Shown: one piece after another, positions 59,984 to 64,000 of the stretch
Layout: each line of letters starts with the position of its first letter
How positions within the stretch are numbered: the stretch's first letter is position 1
Virus record (IMG/VR): IMGVR_UViG_3300042195_000059
Span: 805-64,804 of that record
Source: a virus
Reading direction: 5' to 3' (one strand)
DNA length: 64,000 nt
Made by a program: the position numbers and the translations under genes
The notes under the pieces: model-generated
The model's input: the letters and a program-made list of their open reading frames with translations, nothing else
Databases searched by the model: none
What the model was told of the DNA's origin: nothing

Positions 59984-60150
59984 TAAGCCGCAAGACCGAA
60001 CAGACCATTCAACTGATCTTTGTCTTAACCATGCTAATCACAGGATCATCTGGGATTGTTGCGCTGTTTCTCGGCGCAATCGGTCCGGCGCTGGGGCTAT
60101 TGGTAATCGCCGCCATTTCCTATTACTTTTCCGATCTGGGGGCGGTCTAG
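59980..60150 (+). CDS. small two-TM membrane protein (56 aa, below ORF-track cutoff)
   Basis: Translation: MISRKTEQTIQLIFVLTMLITGSSGIVALFLGAIGPALGLLVIAAISYYFSDLGAV. Confidence 0.45.
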   Translation: MISRKTEQTIQLIFVLTMLITGSSGIVALFLGAIGPALGLLVIAAISYYFSDLGAV

Positions 60151-62381
60151 TCGTCCTCACCAGAAGCTGCCACGGTGCCTAGTTCGGTGGCCGGACGACG
60201 ACCAACGCGCCGATATTCCCGCATCATCGCCTGATACGAGGCGCGCTCTCCTGCCGTTGTCGCCTCTTCTGACAGTCTGCGAAGCATTGGAAGAAGCTGG
60301 GCCGGGTCCGTTTCGGTCAAAATACGAATGCGCTCCTGCGCAGCACGCTTCCCGATCCTGCGCGTCAGATTATTGGATAGATCTTCCAGAAGCTTTCCAA
60401 ATCGTCCAGTTGCAAGATTGGCGGCCGTTCGTGCGCCTTCCATCATTTCGGCCATGTCATCTTGCAACGGAGCCGTTCTTGATCCGCTCAGCACGTCGCG
60501 TGTCGTCTCCGTCGTCCGCCCCTCGCGCTGCAAGCGTTGAAGAAGGCGCTGGCCGCGATCATACACTTGCTGTTGCTGCGTTCTGGTAGGTCCGCGCCGC
60601 GCCGTTGGTTGCGGATATAATTGCTCGACAATCTGTGTGAAACTGTCGGAATTGAACCGATCGGCAACCGCTGTGCCACGCCTCGCCCCTAGGGCTTCGC
60701 TGGCCATTTCCTTCTCGAAGGCCACGCGGGTCAATTCCTGCTGTGTCGGTGTCAGATCGTTGAATTCCCGCAACGCTCTGCGCGTGCGCGGCGTCAATCG
60801 TTTGCCTATGTCACCCCCGCGATCAAGGATGCGCTGCGTTGTGCGATTTTCCGCAAATCTCTGGTCAGCAGCAAGCAGATCAGGATTGTTTCGGCGTGCT
60901 GCATTATTCAGATCGGTTCGAAGCTGGGTCAGTTCACGCGTCAGCGGTGTGGGGCGGCCATCCTGCATCGAGCGGGAGATCATCTGGTCCAGTTCTTGGC
61001 GACGCTCCAAGTAAGTCGGCACATCATCGATGACATCCATTGCGCGGGTATAGCGCATGCGACCGCGCTGGCCCTCAACCATGCCGCCACGGAAAAACAT
61101 GTCGATCGCATTATTCACCGAATTGTTGATCTCGCCGCCTTGTTGCGGACGCCGCGCACGCCAGCGGCGAATGACGGGAAGGATGCCAACAGGCTGCGCA
61201 TTGTCGCGGGCGAGAGTGTAGGCAGCGCGCTCTTCCTGCCTGGCGGTCGTGGTGAGCCGCTGGATCTCATCATCGAAGTTGCGACCCTCCACACCAGACT
61301 GCTCAATAATGTCAGCCACACGCCCTGTCTGTCCTCTCTGACGGCTGATAAGCCGTTCAGCCGCGAGGGGATCGTCGGCAATCGCCATATCCGTGCGCGC
61401 TTGGTTGGAAAGCGGCATCGCATTGCCGGAACCGCGAAGCTCTTTCGCGGCGTCAACAACGTTGATCGGCGTCGGGTTTTGATCCAGATAACGCTGATGA
61501 TATGCTCTAGCCGTGGGGGCTGTCAGCGGACGGCCGCGAGAGGCAAAGTCCGATACGATATCCTCTGCGGCTTCACCGGCCATCTGCCGCGAGATAATCT
61601 CGGCGATATCATCCTCTGAAAACCCGCGCCCGCGCAAATTGGCGCTGCCCGCAGGCGTGACGAGTTGACGGACATCATCAGGGTTGACGCCTGCTTCAAC
61701 CATGCGACCGGCAATATCCTGATAGGCTGCTTGCTCTGGATTCCTGGCGCGCTGTATCTGTTGATTGGCATAGCGGCCAGCTTCACGCGTTCCGCTTACA
61801 AATCGACCGCCAAGGTTCAAGGCATTTGGAGCCGCGAAGCCACCGATAAGCCCTAACCCAGCCTCTGCGACAGGACCAAGCTCTTTCTCACGGGCATAGC
61901 CGACACCAGTCCCGGCTCCTGTCGTGGAAGCTGCTTCAATTGTCGCCGCCTTTCTGGGATTGCTGGCCATCGTCTGCAACATGCCCGGCGCGCGTGACCC
62001 CATTTGTGTTCCGGCCTTGAGCATTCCGCCGAATGGAATTGTTGAAGCTCCGGCAACTTCGCCGGTTGCCTGCGCATATCGGCCAGCTTCGGTTTCAGCC
62101 GGGCCGGCAACGTTGGCCCGCTTGGCAAGATCGAGTTGCGGGATGAGTTCGCCTTCGTATCCCATCAGCCGAGCCGCTTCATTGATCGGGACGCGCACGG
62201 GCGAACCGATCACATTCAGCATATCGTCAATGCCGGTGTTCGCGCCGTACCCGAAGCCCTTGGCCATATCGACAGCAACATCGGGCTGCTCGCCAGGCTG
62301 CCCACCGAGAGCTTGCGCAATATCGTCCTCGGTGAAGTCGTCCGGGAATTCGTGAACACTGCCTTCAAATTCAATGCGCAT
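60147..62381 (-). CDS. large internal virion/ejection protein (744 aa)
   Basis: Long Arg/Gln-rich helical ORF between the transglycosylase gene and the next ejection-type gene. Confidence 0.55.
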   Translation of the reverse strand: MRIEFEGSVHEFPDDFTEDDIAQALGGQPGEQPDVAVDMAKGFGYGANTGIDDMLNVIGSPVRVPINEAARLMGYEGELIPQLDLAKRANVAGPAETEAGRYAQATGEVAGASTIPFGGMLKAGTQMGSRAPGMLQTMASNPRKAATIEAASTTGAGTGVGYAREKELGPVAEAGLGLIGGFAAPNALNLGGRFVSGTREAGRYANQQIQRARNPEQAAYQDIAGRMVEAGVNPDDVRQLVTPAGSANLRGRGFSEDDIAEIISRQMAGEAAEDIVSDFASRGRPLTAPTARAYHQRYLDQNPTPINVVDAAKELRGSGNAMPLSNQARTDMAIADDPLAAERLISRQRGQTGRVADIIEQSGVEGRNFDDEIQRLTTTARQEERAAYTLARDNAQPVGILPVIRRWRARRPQQGGEINNSVNNAIDMFFRGGMVEGQRGRMRYTRAMDVIDDVPTYLERRQELDQMISRSMQDGRPTPLTRELTQLRTDLNNAARRNNPDLLAADQRFAENRTTQRILDRGGDIGKRLTPRTRRALREFNDLTPTQQELTRVAFEKEMASEALGARRGTAVADRFNSDSFTQIVEQLYPQPTARRGPTRTQQQQVYDRGQRLLQRLQREGRTTETTRDVLSGSRTAPLQDDMAEMMEGARTAANLATGRFGKLLEDLSNNLTRRIGKRAAQERIRILTETDPAQLLPMLRRLSEEATTAGERASYQAMMREYRRVGRRPATELGTVAASGEDD

Positions 62382-64000
62382 TATTGAACTCTCCGGGGCT
62401 TGCCGTCAGGACCGCGCTCCCATTTTACCACGCCTCCAGCATCCGTCTTCATCGGATCCAACCCCGCCTTTGTGCGCAAATCATTGTACGATGCCTGCAT
62501 CATCTTTTCGAGCGTATCGAGCATTTCAAGATACTGCTCTTTCGACTGAGCTGTCTCAAGGCTGGCAATGGCCTCCTCACCTTTTTTGCCTTCGAAGTCA
62601 GTAACCTGGCCAGCGCCTTTCAAGGCTTCGCGGGCTGTCATGAAGCTTTGGCCCATAGCCTGCCGGTTTTTGACCTGGAAGTCGTAGGAATCACTGCCAG
62701 GGATCCAGCTTCTCGGATCGAATACCGATGATGCGCCTGTCCCGGTATCAAGTCCGGGATGCGTCCTGAGTGACTTTATCGTTGCGAAGGCATTCTGCAT
62801 TGTCGTTTCGGCTGCGGGCAACGCCTGTCGTGCCTGCGTCTGGGACTTGCCAAGCTCTCTTTGCCCCGACTCACCTGCAACATCCTTCGGTATCATCGGG
62901 CCAGTCGGTTGAGCTGTGCGTTTGTTCAACGGTATAACGCCGGTGCCGACATCCTGGAACTGAATGCCAGGGAGCCATTGCGCACCCTCGGGAAGATCCA
63001 CATCCTTGCGTCCACCGCCTTTGCTGAGTTGCGAGACGCGAACGTTGCCTTCGGCATCCTGATAATATTGCGGCGACGTGCCATATTCAGCATCGCCGGC
63101 TGCCTGCTCAGTCCCCGGCACGATCTGCCCCGTGACCGTATCGACAACGCCTTGCTTCGACGGACGATAGCGTCCAACCTTGTTCTGTGGCGTCATCGCT
63201 GCTTCAAGCAACTTCATCGCCAACGGAGCTGTCAGCCTGTTCCCAGACAATTTCTGGATCACCTGTGCTGTCTGCTGATCAATGCCGAATGGAGAACGCG
63301 GCGATGTAGGGGATGACTGACCGGCTTGCGGCTGCATGCCCGGTTGCCCGGCAGGCTGCGCCGATGGCTGTGCGCCCGGCTGCATCGCGTTGCCCGTATA
63401 GGGATCGATGGTCTGCGTCTGGACAGAGCGGGGGGCATCAAGATTGGCTTGGGGCTGCTGAGGAGCCTGCCCGCCCGCCCCGCCGCCTTTGCGGTCTGCC
63501 CATGCCCGAACATCGCCGACATTCATGTTGGCAAGAAACGGATTGGCTTCGACGGCCTGCTGTCCGAGCACCTGCGAGACCGGCGCGGATGGATCGGCCC
63601 TGAGCAGCCGCGTTGCGCCGCCGGGGCCGGCAAAATGTGCAAGGTAGACATTCCCCGGCGTCGCCTCAAACCCGTATTTCTGGAGGATCTGGCCGTTGTC
63701 CTGCGCATAAAGACCGGTTATTTCACGTGAAAGCGCGGGATCGGCGCGCATGGCGAGAAGTTCTTCATTACTCTGCCCTTGCGCCAGTTCCGGCTTGTGG
63801 CGCCGTACCATGTCCAGCCATGTGGCGTCGATGAACTGGCCGGAGCCGTAAGCTGATGAACGCGGGTTTTTCGCAGTCGGATTGCCGCCGCTTTCCGCCA
63901 TGATGATGTTATCGACAACGCTTCCGCCTTGCGGACGTGCAGCCGCGCCGGTCCCCGCCTCGATCTCTGGTCTTGCGGGCTGGCTCGAACGCCACGGCGC
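62381..64000 (-). CDS. virion-associated lytic transglycosylase (SLT domain), 5' end beyond the window
   Basis: The ESGGNPTAKNPRSSAYGSGQF...YLAHFAGPGG pattern fits family-1 transglycosylases. The frame upstream of the track start (63901) stays open to nt 64000 (...GGSVVDNIIMAESGGNP), so the gene probably begins outside the window. Confidence 0.7.
   Translation of the reverse strand, partial: APWRSSQPARPEIEAGTGAAARPQGGSVVDNIIMAESGGNPTAKNPRSSAYGSGQFIDATWLDMVRRHKPELAQGQSNEELLAMRADPALSREITGLYAQDNGQILQKYGFEATPGNVYLAHFAGPGGATRLLRADPSAPVSQVLGQQAVEANPFLANMNVGDVRAWADRKGGGAGGQAPQQPQANLDAPRSVQTQTIDPYTGNAMQPGAQPSAQPAGQPGMQPQAGQSSPTSPRSPFGIDQQTAQVIQKLSGNRLTAPLAMKLLEAAMTPQNKVGRYRPSKQGVVDTVTGQIVPGTEQAAGDAEYGTSPQYYQDAEGNVRVSQLSKGGGRKDVDLPEGAQWLPGIQFQDVGTGVIPLNKRTAQPTGPMIPKDVAGESGQRELGKSQTQARQALPAAETTMQNAFATIKSLRTHPGLDTGTGASSVFDPRSWIPGSDSYDFQVKNRQAMGQSFMTAREALKGAGQVTDFEGKKGEEAIASLETAQSKEQYLEMLDTLEKMMQASYNDLRTKAGLDPMKTDAGGVVKWERGPDGKPRRVQ

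Noticed and set aside
1-64000. That the truncated gene at the left edge and the truncated gene at the right edge are the two halves of one gene on a 64-kb circle
   Set aside because: Joining nt 1 directly to nt 64000 breaks the reading frame: one leftover nucleotide would sit next to a complete codon. At least some sequence (3n+2 nt) must therefore be missing. The genome is larger than the window, and identity of the two fragments cannot be asserted.

Overview
The whole 64-kb window reads as a GC-rich temperate phage genome, with no clear host housekeeping genes. The host is probably an alphaproteobacterium (Rhizobiales-like). This is an inference from an Omp25/Omp31-type beta-barrel gene and from a tRNA-Pro(UGG) 3' fragment used as the attachment core.

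Layout:
- 1-17.3 kb, minus strand: virion and packaging module. It holds TerS, TerL, portal, an HExxH protein, scaffold, major capsid and tail/ejection proteins. A plus-strand HNH endonuclease and a methyltransferase plus DUF115/glycosyltransferase pair interrupt it.
- 17.5-34.7 kb, minus strand: leftward early operon. It holds a Cro-like gene, a PAPS-reductase-like gene, an MT-A70 methylase, an outer-membrane-protein moron, a lambda-O-like initiator with internal iterons, a DnaB/RecA-type helicase, a Prim-Pol and many small coupled ORFs.
- 34.8-35.6 kb, plus strand: CI-like repressor, flanked on both sides by the same TTGACA plus 17-bp operator cassette.
- 35.7-45.4 kb, plus strand: rightward early operon. 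It holds a (X-Gly)41 repeat protein, an acyl carrier protein, a Gp157-like protein, RecT, an XRE regulator, an HNH endonuclease and an NrdR-like zinc ribbon.
- 45.4-46.7 kb: xis, int, then a 46-nt tRNA-Pro 3' fragment.
- 46.8-50.5 kb: accessory arm (T5orf172 domain, J-domain protein).
- 50.9-64 kb, minus strand: lysis cassette, collagen-like and other tail fibres with a GT1 and FkbM pair, and ejection proteins including a lytic transglycosylase that runs off the right edge.

Because int and the accessory arm sit on either side of a tRNA fragment that lacks its 5' half, the element is in attP (unintegrated or tandem-junction) configuration.

The most notable signal is a two-repeat, one-spacer mini-array at 27165-27262 whose repeat has type I-C CRISPR architecture. 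It is transcribed with the early operon and lies in frame inside an ORF, and no cas genes are present.

All functional calls come from motif recognition by eye and from gene order. None has been checked by a database search.
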